From assembly GCA_013265495.1 (NCBI GenBank), contig MU057889.1, positions 62,001-126,000 of the forward strand: a stretch of DNA of 64,000 nucleotides, given 5' to 3'. Position 1 is the first letter of the stretch. Each line of letters starts with the position of its first letter. Shown piece by piece: positions 11,916-42,390 of this stretch. The notes below the pieces were generated by a model that searched no databases, was not told where the DNA came from, and saw nothing but the letters and a program-made list of their open reading frames with translations. The translations under genes and the position numbers were made by a program. Source of the DNA: Vicugna vicugna. Lineage: Eukaryota.

Positions 11916-12132
11916 AAGACTGTGCCCTTGCTTCTTGCTCCATCACCCTGCTGGTCTCAATTTATACTTAGTTTCTACTTTACTCAACAACTGATCACAT
12001 CTTCCTCTGCCTGAGTGTTGGGCAAGATGCTTAAATATCTTCTCTTCTCTCTCCTATGCCCTGCTACCCATTCTTCTATGCCCTCTGTCTTCCCTATTCT
12101 CTTACCCAACTCTTAGCATTCTTTTCTTTTTC

Positions 12133-12138
12133 AATAAA
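12133..12138 (+). terminator. ACRV1: ACRV1 polyadenylation signal AATAAA
   Basis: First AATAAA after the stop, about 220 nt downstream. Confidence 0.75.
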
Positions 12139-12249
12139 TTCTGCATGACTAAAAGATGTAGACATTAGATAGACGTCTTTTCCTCTCAGCAAGTGGCAAG
12201 GTCACCCTGAGCTTCTTTCCACTCCACACATTAAAGTGGGTGCATTTTT

Positions 12250-12347
12250 TGTACCCTAATGTTCATAGCAGCACTATTTACAATAGCCAAGACATGAAAG
12301 CAACCTAAATGTCCATTGAGAGATGACTGGATAAAGATGTGGTATGT

Positions 12348-12387
<40 letters not shown>

Positions 12388-12827
12388 CATAATGGAATAT
12401 TACTCAGCCATAAAAATAATGAAACAATGCCATTTGTAGCAACATGGATGGATCTAGAGATTATCATCCTAAGTCAGACAGAGACAAATATCATATGATA
12501 TCACTTATATGTGGAATCTAAAAAACTGATACAAGTGAACTTATTTACAAAACAGAAACAGATTCACAAAAAAAGAAAACAAAATTTCTGGTTACCAAAG
12601 GGGAAAGAGGGGAGGGATAAATTAGGAATTTGAGATTAGCAGATACAAACTACTATATGTAAAATAGATACACAACAAGGTCCTACTGTATGGCACAGGG
12701 AACTATATTCAGTAGCTTGTAACAGCCTATAATGAAAAAGCACATACATACAAATGTATAACTGAATCACTATGCTGCACACCTGAAACTAACAACATTG
12801 TAAATGAACTATACTTCGATTAAAGAA
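12250..12827 (+). mobile_element. 5'-truncated LINE-1 (ORF2 end and 3' UTR)
   Basis: aatgttcatagcagcactatttacaatagccaagacatg...gccatttgtagcaacatggatggatctagagattatcat...cacagggaactatattcag...aactatacttc. Confidence 0.9.
12350..12382. repeat. (CA)n microsatellite inside the L1
   Basis: Direct reading. Confidence 0.92.
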
Positions 12828-14985
12828 AGTCATTTTGTAAGATGTAAGAACAGCATGCTGGCGTGCTGAAGGAGGTCTAGGAGAGAGGGAGAATGTTAAG
12901 ATGCGAGAGAGAAAGGAGAAAATCATACCCTTTGGTAGCTGAAGATACCTGAAAAGCAGTCATGAGGAAGAGCTGGCCCCAGTAAGGAGGCGCACAGGCA
13001 GGCCAAAGCCATGGCAGGCAGGAAGGCCCGCCTAGAAGTGCAGGGAGGTGGGTGTGGTGGTGGGAGCCAGTCTTTAGAACTTTCCAGCGAAACAGGAGAC
13101 GACGCAAGATTATCGTCTGAGAGTGGGAGAGGCTTGGACTAACCAGCTGAGAGCAGCTACTTTTCTGGAAGTGGAAGGGAAGGGGGCAGGGTGGGAGCCC
13201 CTCCCCAGCAGGACGCTCCAGGCTTCACCTGCTCAAGCTTCAATCCGTACACTTAGACAGCTTCAATGCTTTCTTCATGAAGGTCCTGCCCATTTGTTAC
13301 GGAGCTTACTTCTAAAACCCTTTCTAATTCTGTAGATCTCATCGATTGGATTATTTCTCCCTAATGCACTTCCTAACCGGGTGTTAAGAGATGATACACA
13401 GACCGCGAACGCTGTCCTTTGCTTTTCAACTGGTCGCTTGAGGAGACTTCGCAAAGCATTAACGTTTTCCGTTCAGCAGCCTATACATGGAATAAAAATT
13501 GGGGAAATTATAACTGATTAAGAAATTATATTTTGTCAAGAGGAAGAATATTTCACGTACAGACTGGTGAAAAGCAGACATCAGTACCCTACAGGAGTAT
13601 CTTTCGACTTGTTAGAACCTGGGTGTCCTCACCTATAAAACAGAAAATCTGTTCTATCGACATTTTAATGTGAATAATACAAGTTTGTGTAAAAATACCT
13701 GTAAGTTGTCTTGTATTATACAAATGGCACTTGTTGTTCTTAGAGAGAGAGCGAGCACTGAAGGTCAACAAGCCCCAGAGAGTAAAAGTCAACTGAAGTG
13801 CACTCTGCACGTACGTCAGGATTCCGAGTGGAAAAGGGGAACCAGGAGGCCACCTGCAGCGGGAGGGAGAGGAGGACGCGGAGAGGTGGGTCCTGGGTGC
13901 AGGTGCAGGAGGCAGCAGCCCCCCCTGCAGAGGCATCTGCATCTGAAAAGCCTGCTTGTGGCCGCCTTCCACTGGGCACCCCAGCCCTGTGCCGCCTCCC
14001 TGGGTCCACGTACATCCAAACCGTGGTCAGGCGGGGAGCGCGACAGAACCACTTTGAGGTAAAGGAGTTTTAAACTATTACATTTTGCATGACATTCATG
14101 AAAGGAAATGTTTTTGGTATCGTGGCTAATAATAACTTAAACAAAACGCAACTGTGCTTTCTAAGATGGAATGCACCTTTCTTGAAATGCACCGCAGCCT
14201 TCAATTCCGGGAAAGCTAGTGTGTTCTCGGAGGGACGCCCTAAGTTGTCCACTCTTCACTCGTCACAGCCCAATCGTCTTAGACCATTTCCAAATCAGAA
14301 GGGGAAATTCACATTTCACAGGCTGAAAGCCATAATCATGCCCCTAAATCATGACTCTCAGAACTTCATTCAAAACTAGCTTCCTACAGTGATCGCAACA
14401 GCTTAGAAATAAACAGGGCGAACCTTGCTGACGGAGCAGACTCGCCAAGCTGGGAGGCTGCAGCTAGAATCAGACACCTCCTGTGGTCAAAGCTGGACTT
14501 TGTTTTATGCATGAGTAAAGGACCTCATGATCCCAGCACGTAAGCTACAAAGAATGAGCCAATACAGTATATCTGAGACATCGGGCTTTATTTATAAATC
14601 TGTCACTCTTTCAAATGTGTCCCTTTTTTAAGAAGTTATACCTTTGTTCTGTATGGCCTCATGCTGAATTTGGTCCCCTAAAAGCATGAACGCGTGAAAC
14701 ACATTTATGAGCTGAGTGCATAATATATTAACCTACTTGAGGTTCCAAGGTTGTCACCACTCATACATCATACATTTAATCATCCTTTCTGCTAAGTTTC
14801 TGCATGGCTTCTGCCAAGTCATCCAAACCCTGAAAATTATATAATATGGAAAACAGTGAATTTACAAGTTTAATTACTGAATTCCATAAGATCTTTTTCA
14901 GTATAAATTCAGGCAACATTTTACTAGTATAAATACCACCCTAAAATAACAAGTTACAATTTAAAACATCCACACCCTTCGTATG

Positions 14986-15330
14986 TATCACTTATATGTG
15001 GAATCTAAAAAAATGGTACAAATGAACTTATTTACAGAACAGAAATGGACTCACAGACACAGAAAACAAATGTATGGTTACTAAAGAGTGGGGGAGATGG
15101 GAGGGATAAATTAGGAGTTCAGGATTAACATATTATACACCACTATATTTAAAATAAATAAACAATGACCTACTGTATAGCACAGGGAACTATATTTAAT
15201 ATCTCATAATTACCTATAACAGAAAAGAATCTGAAAAAGAATAGATATATATAACTGAATCACTGTACACCAAAAAATAACACAAAATTATAAGTCAACT
15301 ATACTTCCACTAAAAAAAAATAAAGTGTAT
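14986..15330 (+). mobile_element. Second LINE-1 3' UTR end with A-tail
   Basis: tatcacttatatgtggaatctaaaaaa...cacagggaactatattt...caactatacttccactaaaaaaaaataaa. Confidence 0.88.
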
Positions 15331-17688
15331 AAAGTGGGTGCATTTTTAAACTATTCCCTATTCCTCAAAGTGAACCACCACACCACCCCGCCCCACCCCA
15401 ACCCCCAGCTGCCACAGGGGCAGAGACCAAAAAGAGAAATGCAAAATAGGTGTTAACTTTTTAGGAGCTTAAAAACGATATCGCAGGTCCTTCTCTCTGA
15501 CCTCCAAACTTTCCATCCCTCTGGAAACCACACACACTTCTACTTATTACGGTGTTCAACTCACCCCTTCTTTGGCTCCGGAGAGTCTTCAGTGAAGAGT
15601 CTACCCTTAACATAATTATAACAATAAATTGACTCCTTTGAATTTACTTGCTATGTAAATATGTAGGTCATAATTATCACATCTTCTCACACACAATGTT
15701 ACTGATTCATCTCAGCATAGAGGGGCAGGGGGAAATCCCACAGTCCCTCCTCTCACCTTGTATTGGTATTATGTTCTTCAAGGTATTTTCACATACATGG
15801 TTGCATCTGTTCCTCAGAAAAGAGCCCAGAAGAGTAGTCAGGAAAGATAGCATCATCCTTAGTTTATAAGTAAGAAAGTGTGACATAAAAATGTTTTATA
15901 TATTCATACTCTGTATTGTTCTGAACTTGTCAGGTTTACAGAGCTACAGGGAGCCCTGGCCAGATTTCAAAACCAAATCTACATGATCTCAGTCTGTTTG
16001 CACCACACTATGACTATTAGCCAAAATGGTCCTTTCAAGACCAAAATCAAACCTCTCTCCTACACAAGCCCATTTCCTATTAGCCATTGCTCCCCAACAC
16101 CTCTGCTTAAAAGCCCTTGAGATCAACTGGGGAGTCTTAACGGTGCCTTTTGCAGAGCAGAAACCTTTAATTTTTATAAAATCTAATTTGTCAATGTTTT
16201 ATTTACGGGTAGGGCTTTTGATTTCATACATAAGAACTCAGAATCCCAGAAGAATTCTCAACTTGAAATACAGTTTACTGGGGGGCAAGAAAGAAACAAA
16301 ATTCTACTAACATTGTGGACACTTTTTTTGAGGGAGGGGGATAAATATTAGCTAAATACATTAAATACAGCTAAATCTATTCACAATATATGTCGTGGGA
16401 ATGAATTCAAGTATGTTGTTGAAATTTAACGGCAGAGGAGTTCTGGCTTCCAATAGTGGTGGATTCGTTCGGTTGAACTAGCCCTACTTCAGGTAACTAT
16501 AAACACTTAACAAAAATTCAGAAACAACTATTTTAAAGTTCCTTGAAGAGAACTATATAGAAGTTTCCTGTATTTGTATTTTGTATTCGTATATTTTATG
16601 TATATTTGCTGAATTGAATAGCAGTTGCTGAATTGAATACAGAATATGAAAACCACATCAAGGAAGATTTCTAGAGTTTTGACTCAAGAAACTGGGGAGC
16701 TAATGTAGTATTTATTTAGACGGGGACTCTAGGGAGGAGTAAGTTGGAGGACATGGATCAGAAGTTGGTTTTGGCCATAAGATGACTATTAGTCAAGGGG
16801 AAATGTCAGGTAGGCTGTGGCTATAAAAGCCTGGAACTCAGGGGAGAGGTCAAAGCCAGAGACAACTTTGATTCTGAGAGTTACTGATGGCCAGCTGACA
16901 ATTCTCAAGAACAAAATTTCTTTCATATTTGAGAATGCACTGGCTCAATTCTTAGGAGCCTCCTGTAGGTTTGAATTGATTCCTCGTATGGGTATACTAC
17001 AGTAACACAATTCACCAGTATATACCTCATATGATAAACTCGATAAAATTTCATGCTTTTGGCCTCAGACTAAGATAACTGACTAATTTTTATAAATTAC
17101 CAAGGAAAAGGAATACAGGGTCCCAATCGAATACATTCAAAAGTTAGTATGAATTTTATCAGAAGAACAAGGTCTTACTAAAACTAATAGGTAAAAGGTC
17201 CTACGGATAGGAATAGGAACTAATAGGAATCAGATCTATTTCCATCATAGCTTCCTCACGTCTCCCTGCTCTTGCACTCCTTACCACCTGGAAGCTTAGC
17301 CACCAATAAGTTCACAGAGTTAGCTATCCACTTTCAAAATAGAATTTATTTCTGTAATAAAGAATTAAAATATGGCTGTGAAAGTAGAAAATAATACAGA
17401 AAAATATTTAAAATGTGCAACAGTAATTCAGAGTAAAGGTAGTTAAGCACTAGAGTTCATGCTCAACTTCTACTTGACAGACCAATCCATATTTTATATA
17501 TTGTTAACTACACCAGAAAAACAAAACATACCGACTTGCAATTTTAATTAATAATTATAATTCAAAAACAGGTTTATATACCTGGTCAGGCCCTTTTGAA
17601 AATATAAGTACAAATCTTATGGATATATTTTGATGTTCGCTTCACTTCACAGACTGATAAATCTACTGTCCCAAAGTCACAGGTTGTT

Positions 17689-17694
17689 TTTATT
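17689..17694 (-). terminator. CHEK1: Candidate CHEK1 polyadenylation signal AATAAA (a second candidate lies at 17345-17350)
   Basis: tttatt on + at 17689 and 17345, inside the AT-rich 3' UTR. Confidence 0.5.
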
Positions 17695-18076
17695 AACTCA
17701 TTCATGCAATTAAGTCAACATGGAGGAAATACGTACTTTTTGGATGAAACCAAATGTTTTGGTAAAAATAGGACAAGTGTATCATTTTTCATTATGTTGG
17801 TAATAAAAGCCGGTAAACGCATGTATCCCCAAAGCTTGGTTTACACCAGGTGGGTCTCAAATTCAGACACTAACCGCAGGTGAAGAAATATCTAATGAAT
17901 TCTATACACCCCTTCCCCAGAGTTTTACTTACAGTTAAGATATAGGTATTATTTGTATGAAGAACATACAAAAAAGGATTGAAAAATGTTTGGCTAGAAG
18001 GAAGACAGCTCTTCAGGGACTACTGCTTGCAGTTTGTAGAGTAAGATAATCTTCTCTAGGAAGAATAATGTCCACA

Positions 18077-18084
18077 TAGCAGCA
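18077..18084 (-). promoter_or_regulatory. CHEK1: miR-15/16/195/424/497 family 8mer site in CHEK1 3' UTR
   Basis: TGCTGCTA on the minus strand, 37 nt after the stop; CHEK1 is an established target of this seed family. Confidence 0.75.
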
Positions 18085-18120
18085 CTATATTCACCAGGAA
18101 TCCCAGAGCCAGTGGATCTA

Positions 18121-36277
<18,157 letters not shown>

Positions 36278-36525
36278 TCAATCATCTGTAAAGCCACGAG
36301 CCCTGCCTCTTGCTGTGATTCCTCAAGATAAATTACAGCTCCTGGTTTCCCCTTACGCCTCATCCACATTTTATCCAAATCTTTAAACCACAAGCAAGTA
36401 TTCTAAACTCTGGCATTTCGTTGGTAAATCACAATCCCCACTCCTACGCAAACGGAAGGCCGAACCCTCGCCTTCCAGCCAGCAGAGGACAAGTACTAGT
36501 CGCGTTGGGGAGTTGGGGGGGGGGG

Positions 36526-37130
36526 NNNNNNNNNNNNNNNNNNNNNNNNNNNNNNNNNNNNNNNNNNNNNNNNNNNNNNNNNNNNNNNNNNNNNNNNNNN
36601 NNNNNNNNNNNNNNNNNNNNNNNNNNNNNNNNNNNNNNNNNNNNNNNNNNNNNNNNNNNNNNNNNNNNNNNNNNNNNNNNNNNNNNNNNNNNNNNNNNNN
36701 NNNNNNNNNNNNNNNNNNNNNNNNNNNNNNNNNNNNNNNNNNNNNNNNNNNNNNNNNNNNNNNNNNNNNNNNNNNNNNNNNNNNNNNNNNNNNNNNNNNN
36801 NNNNNNNNNNNNNNNNNNNNNNNNNNNNNNNNNNNNNNNNNNNNNNNNNNNNNNNNNNNNNNNNNNNNNNNNNNNNNNNNNNNNNNNNNNNNNNNNNNNN
36901 NNNNNNNNNNNNNNNNNNNNNNNNNNNNNNNNNNNNNNNNNNNNNNNNNNNNNNNNNNNNNNNNNNNNNNNNNNNNNNNNNNNNNNNNNNNNNNNNNNNN
37001 NNNNNNNNNNNNNNNNNNNNNNNNNNNNNNNNNNNNNNNNNNNNNNNNNNNNNNNNNNNNNNNNNNNNNNNNNNNNNNNNNNNNNNNNNNNNNNNNNNNN
37101 NNNNNNNNNNNNNNNNNNNNNNNNNNNNNN
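36526..37130. other. Assembly gap (605 N) in CHEK1 intron 1
   Basis: Run of N flanked by G-rich tracts. Confidence 0.99.
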
Positions 37131-37591
37131 GGTGGGGGCCTGGGGAAGGGGGTGAGAGGTGAGGGCTTGGATAAGAGTAAGGGGAGGCCGGCTAGTGGAG
37201 CAGGAAATAATACCTATGACGACCGCAGCCCCTCCTCCCCACTCGCTCACTCCCAATTCCTACCCCCACCCCGTCCCCGAGGCCCGGAGGAGCCCGGGGC
37301 GGGGCCAAACTGCCCCCAAGAAGCGGAAGGAAGGGCTGGGTGGCACGCGGACGGCTGGGCCAAACCTCGGGGGCTCCCAGCCAGCAGGGGGGTCGTCTCT
37401 CCAGTCCCTGTACGGCAGGGACTCCTGACACCACACTCCTCCCCTCTCCGAAACCGCCCCTCCCCGGGAGTCTCTCCGATCCCCAGGGCTCGGCATCAAG
37501 AACTTTCTCTAGCCGTGCCTCTCCTAAGTCGTACAGACGCCGAACTGCGGCTCCAGGCGCCTTTCCCATTCTACCGGCCGCCCCTCCTCAC

Positions 37592-37700
37592 CAGGCCGTC
37601 CTCTGCCCGCCACCACAGGAATCCAAATGCAGAGCTTTTCCCGCCAAAACTTGCGGCGTCATACTGTCGCAAACGCACGCCCCGTGCCGTAAAGCAGGGA
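37592..37700 (-). other. CHEK1: CHEK1 non-coding exon 1 (5' end approximate)
   Basis: Minus strand TTTTGGCGGGAAAAGCTCTGCATTTGGATTCC...GGACGGCCTG|gtgagg donor; resembles the recalled human CHEK1 5' UTR. Confidence 0.7.
37636..37649. promoter_or_regulatory. CHEK1: E2F binding site (TTTTCCCGCCAAAA)
   Basis: Near-palindromic E2F consensus at the CHEK1 start region; CHEK1 is an established E2F target. Confidence 0.8.
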
Positions 37701-40063
37701 GGCGTGCGTTCCTGGCCCCGCTGCTCTGCAGACTGGCCGCACCTGGAGCCGGCGCCGACGTTCCGCGCAGGCTCGGGCCGGCCGAGCCCGGGTTACTTTG
37801 GAGTCGGAGGAGATCCTGGCTGAAGAGACCTAAGAACAGCCGGCCGCCTCGGTGCGAATGACCTCCGGGCCCAAACGCGGGCCCCGCCCGGCTCTCTGCC
37901 CGCCGCCCGACCGACGTCCGAGCACCTCGCCCCGCTGCCTGGCAGGGTTGGGGATCACACTCCATCAGTGTTGCTTCTGTAACTTTATAGCGCGGCCCCG
38001 ATAAAACTAGAGCCAAGAAGCTAGGAACAGCTGTTGAGAACTGATCCTCTGAAGAATAAAAGGTGGTGGGAGCGAGAAGCATCCAAGACCGACCGCACGG
38101 AAGGCGGGTGGGAAGGCATCAGGACGAAGAGAGCTGTTCTTTTGTAGTTTGAAGTAATGTCAGGATGACCAGTTTTGCCTTGTCTTGTCTGAACAGGCTG
38201 CAAAACAATACCTCAACCCAAACTTACTGAATAAATGCAGCTACATAGCTTAGTTCTACCTCCTCTCTTATTGGTGTGTACGAAATGGGCAGGCAGAAGG
38301 GAAAAAGGTTGCATTTTACGATGCAAATTTTAAAAGCAGAGTAACCAATTTTGGTGGGTAAGTAAATTGTGGGAAGTGGACTAGCTGGAGAACAAACTAA
38401 TGTGAAAAAATTGAAATAGTTACTCCCCCTTGACAGTGAACTAGACTGGAACTCAAGGCTCAGGCAAAATCATCTCCGTCAAATTCTCAAAACTGGGCCA
38501 CACACAAACACTGAGCGTAACTGGCTCTTCATTTGTAATAGTGTAAAATATGTTACACAGAAGCGCACAATTTGATTTAAAGAAGCAAAGTCAGGGACAA
38601 AAACCAAGACCAGAACATTCTTGAAATGCGTATGTGAGAAGTTTCTAACTATGACGTCACAGCGTAGGCTTCATGTAATAAAGTAAGTTTTCCAGATCAT
38701 TTACTCCATTTTCTCTAGTTTCTGGCACTGTGTGCTGCAAACAAAGAATATGAAGAAAGGTAGAGGACCTACACAGTTCCTTTGTGTCTGGCCAGAATTA
38801 AGGGGTAGCTTAGTCTAAAAAAATAAGGTATACACATTTCAGGCTGAAGGGAGAAGAGGTGGACACGATAACCTCTGTTCTCTTCTAAAAGCTTACTAAA
38901 ATATAGTCAATTTTAACAGTAAATATTAAATTAATAATAGTAAAATTTACTAACTTAAAATAGTAACTTTTTAAAAGGCAGTAACCCACAAACGGTATGA
39001 AAAACAAATTTTTTGCTTAGTGGGAAGTCTTTAGATAAGAGATAATTAATTTAAATGAATGAAAGAAGCCTAAAGCCAGCAATGGGAAAGCAGGAAAGCA
39101 ACTTGATTTATTTACATCAGAGAACTCCCTAAAGGCTGAAGTTGAATTAGTGACAACTGATAATTGAGGTGAAGGTGGGGCTAAAAGACAACAGGCAGGT
39201 TGTTGAGAGACTGTATATGAAGCAAACAGACCCTTGGATCCCCTCCCTCCTCTGTGTACCCAAGGAACTGCCCCTCCACAAAGCTGGTACAAGATTTGAG
39301 AGGGTAAACACATGGTTATCTGAACTGGAGAGCCTCAAGCACAGTTAAGGCTGGGTATGTTAGTGAAAACAAAGGGATTAAGTTTAACTACTGCACTCAA
39401 GGTTGAATCTCTAAGCCTTCTTTCCTCACTTTACTCCCAGAAATCTAGCAACCTGGCTTGTATCCTTAAGAGGACGTTAAAGCTTTCTCGAGGGAACCTT
39501 ACCTATGTAGACGATCTAAAGATACCAATATCAGGGATCTCCTAATGTAACAAGTCAGCCGGATCACAGGAGAATGAAGCCCACATTCAATAAGCTCCAC
39601 CCTACCCCAAACAGACCTTCCCATCAGCTTTTTAGGGTCCCACTCTTTAAAAAGAGCAGACAAGCAAGAATTTGAAAAGGACTTTAATATGAAAGATGTC
39701 CAAACAAAGGAATACTCAAACAAAAAAAGCTCTTGGACATTAAAAAAAAAGATAGCAGAAAAAAAAGAAAACTAGATAGGGAAAAAAGTTTAGAAAATCT
39801 CCCAGAAGGAAGATTAAAGATGGAAAAAAGAAGAGTAAATTTAAGAATATTGGGAGACTAATCAAAACCCAAATAACTTATTTTTCAACAACAGAAAAGG
39901 AGTTGGTGGAATCCACAAATAACTCAAGAAAATTTCCCAGGCAGAAGAATTTGACTTTCAATACTTTCTCTATACAAACTTCTCCAAACTTGAGCTTTCC
40001 AAGTTTAAGAGTACCCAGTACAATGGATGACCCATTCTAAGACACATCATTGGTAAATTTTCA

Positions 40064-40147
40064 AAATATTATATACAAAGAGAATATACTAAGAGGTCTG
40101 GGAAGGAAATATTATATACAAAGAGAATATACTAAGAGGTCTGGGAA
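40064..40147. repeat. Perfect 41-bp direct tandem duplication (period 43)
   Basis: aaatattatatacaaagagaatatactaagaggtctgggaa at 40064-40104 and 40107-40147. Confidence 0.92.
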
Positions 40148-42390
40148 TGGACACATACAAAAAAAAATTAAGAATCAGAATAGCATTGCATTTCTCAACA
40201 TTTAGAACATAGAAAACAATGAGCCAATACCTTCAAAATAATTCTAAGGAAAAGTTATTCCCAACCTGGAACTCCATACCTAGCCAACCTCTGAATCAAG
40301 TGACAAGAGACACTCAAGATGTCAGCAAATTTAGCTCCCACACATTTTCTCAGGAAGGTAGTTAGTGGTGATAAATCAACAAAGAAGTCAGGGGATTAAC
40401 ACACAATATGACAGTGAGAGGATACATCAATCCAAGAGGTGTGCAAGAAACCTGGAGAGTAAACCAAATCAGAAAGTACCAAAACAGAAGACATCTCTGA
40501 GAATGACTATCCAACGAGTCTGAACATATTAAAAGGAAGCTGGCACAAATGAAGGAGAGTTCAGGGAGAAATTAGTGACAAGCACAAAAACAAATGAAAA
40601 AAATCCCTCCAAAAAAAAGTTATGGAAGAAAAAAAAAGCAACACTGTATCACATGGCCTAGTTGTGAAAAGCCTTAAGGTAAAAACTGCTGAGCTAACCT
40701 AAACAGGACAGGACAGTAAGAATATGTGTGTCCATGGGACTAGCAGGATGGTGAGAAAGAGCTAAATCCTCAATCTGCACACCAGAAGGCCAACAGATGA
40801 CACCTAAAATTGAAAAAATCCAACACATAGCAAAATAAAGCAAGTTATTTAATGACATGCAGGTAAGTAATGTGAGAATCAGCAGAGTTGAAAGTGGGTA
40901 CCTCTGTGGGATGGAAGACAGTGTTGTTTTTATAGAACTATTTGGTTTTTTTTTTTACACTAAATGCACTGTAACAATGGAAATGAGAAGTAAATTTCTT
41001 TAAACTGTAGCTTCATGTAGCCTAGAAAGTAACAAAATTAAAATTTTAAGAGCAACAACTGTAGTGATAAACCATTATCCCATCTCCTACAGAGGAAAAT
41101 CACTAATGATCTCTAACTAGTATTACTCATATTGGTCAGAAACAAAACGAACAAAAACCTCAAAATACCTCTTCCACTAGGGAGGAATTCTGTAAATAAA
41201 CCAAGTCATGTATTTACATACAGTAAATCAAATCTTACATCAAACCTAAGTATCACCCACAGTTGGAGCACCTGGTACATAAACTAGCATGGGAGGCTGT
41301 TCCCTGGGTGTCCAGGGAGAGATGGCATACCCTCAGGAGCACCATCTGACTTATCCAAAAGTCCCATCATTGCTCCTGTTTCTTAAACAGGTAACAGTAA
41401 AGAGTTACCTTGTATTCTTTTTTTAATAACTAAGGGTTTATATACATCACCGATACATGTCTTATGTTTTAAAATACATAAAACATCCTACGTAACTGAA
41501 TGTAAGGCTGTTTGTCCTGACGTTAAATATCGATGATGAGACTCCTGTGCTTTTCTTAACTTACTTAGCAAAGGCTTCAAAACCAGACTATGGAGCTTGT
41601 TAGTGATACACAGTAACAAAAAGGCTGAGACTAAGGGGGAGAGAAGCTCACCTTTAAATAACCACACGGTTTTAGTGTGTAAGCTAAAGGATATGAGCAA
41701 AGAGACATTTACTGTATCATGGATAAGTGAGAGTTCTGAAAAGCTAGATTTCAAATAGATAGGTATGGTTATACTTCAGCTAATTCAAAAACACCTATTG
41801 ACCATCAAGTTCTGTATGTAATGCTGAAGGAATTTCTTCCTCTCGTCAAGAATAATTTCACTGTTTGCCTTAAGTCTTCAAAACTACTGATTTAGTCTTA
41901 CCGGGTTTATTCCTGCTTGAAAACAAAATACCTAGCTAGTCCCAAAGAATACTGGTGAGATCAGGTCTGGCTAGCCACCCTCTGTCCCTTGTAGTCAAAG
42001 AGCCTCTAAGGACAGGAAATGTTGATAGCAGATATGATGGCAACACAGCTACCTCTTCTGCCCAGAAATGGCACTCTTCCTGGCCCCACAAATGTTTATT
42101 CATTCAGAACAAATTTATTGAGCACCCACCATGTGCAAGGCATCGTGTTAGGTGCTGCAGTTTTTGAAATGACAAAATTGTTTGTATATGTAGGATCTGA
42201 GCTAGTCCTTGACAGTCTTCCTGATTTGAGAGAAAAAGACAGAATGCCCCTACCAGGCCCATTCAGGGAGCTAAGAGCATGGGTGAGGTCTGCCCTCCGT
42301 CCTTCTCTCAGCCCAGCAGAAACTTTAAGCTTCCTCAAATCAGTCATAAGTCAAAACAAATAAGGCACATTAAAAAAAAAAATTCCCCCC

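Larger units (their letters stand above)
12233..15347 (+). mobile_element. Composite insertion bracketed by a 17-bp TSD (candidate L1 3' transduction)
   Basis: AAAGTGGGTGCATTTTT at 12233-12249 and 15331-15347; left site TT|AAAG matches L1 endonuclease preference. Confidence 0.7.
37131..38110. promoter_or_regulatory. CHEK1: CHEK1 CpG-island promoter
   Basis: Dense CpG and GC boxes (e.g. GCCCCGCCC at 37881) around exon 1. Confidence 0.85.

Noticed and set aside
13589..14073. Overlapping 78-130 aa ORFs in the GC-rich part of the inserted segment
   Set aside because: Low-complexity GC-driven ORFs with no recognisable domain or consistent splice structure.
16606..16639. 15-bp direct repeat ttgctgaattgaata x2
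   Set aside because: Tiny local slippage duplication with no evident function.
36421..37823. Long ORFs (244, 270 and 436 aa) in the ORF track
   Set aside because: They run through the 605-N gap and a GC-rich CpG island, so they are artefacts of missing stop codons.
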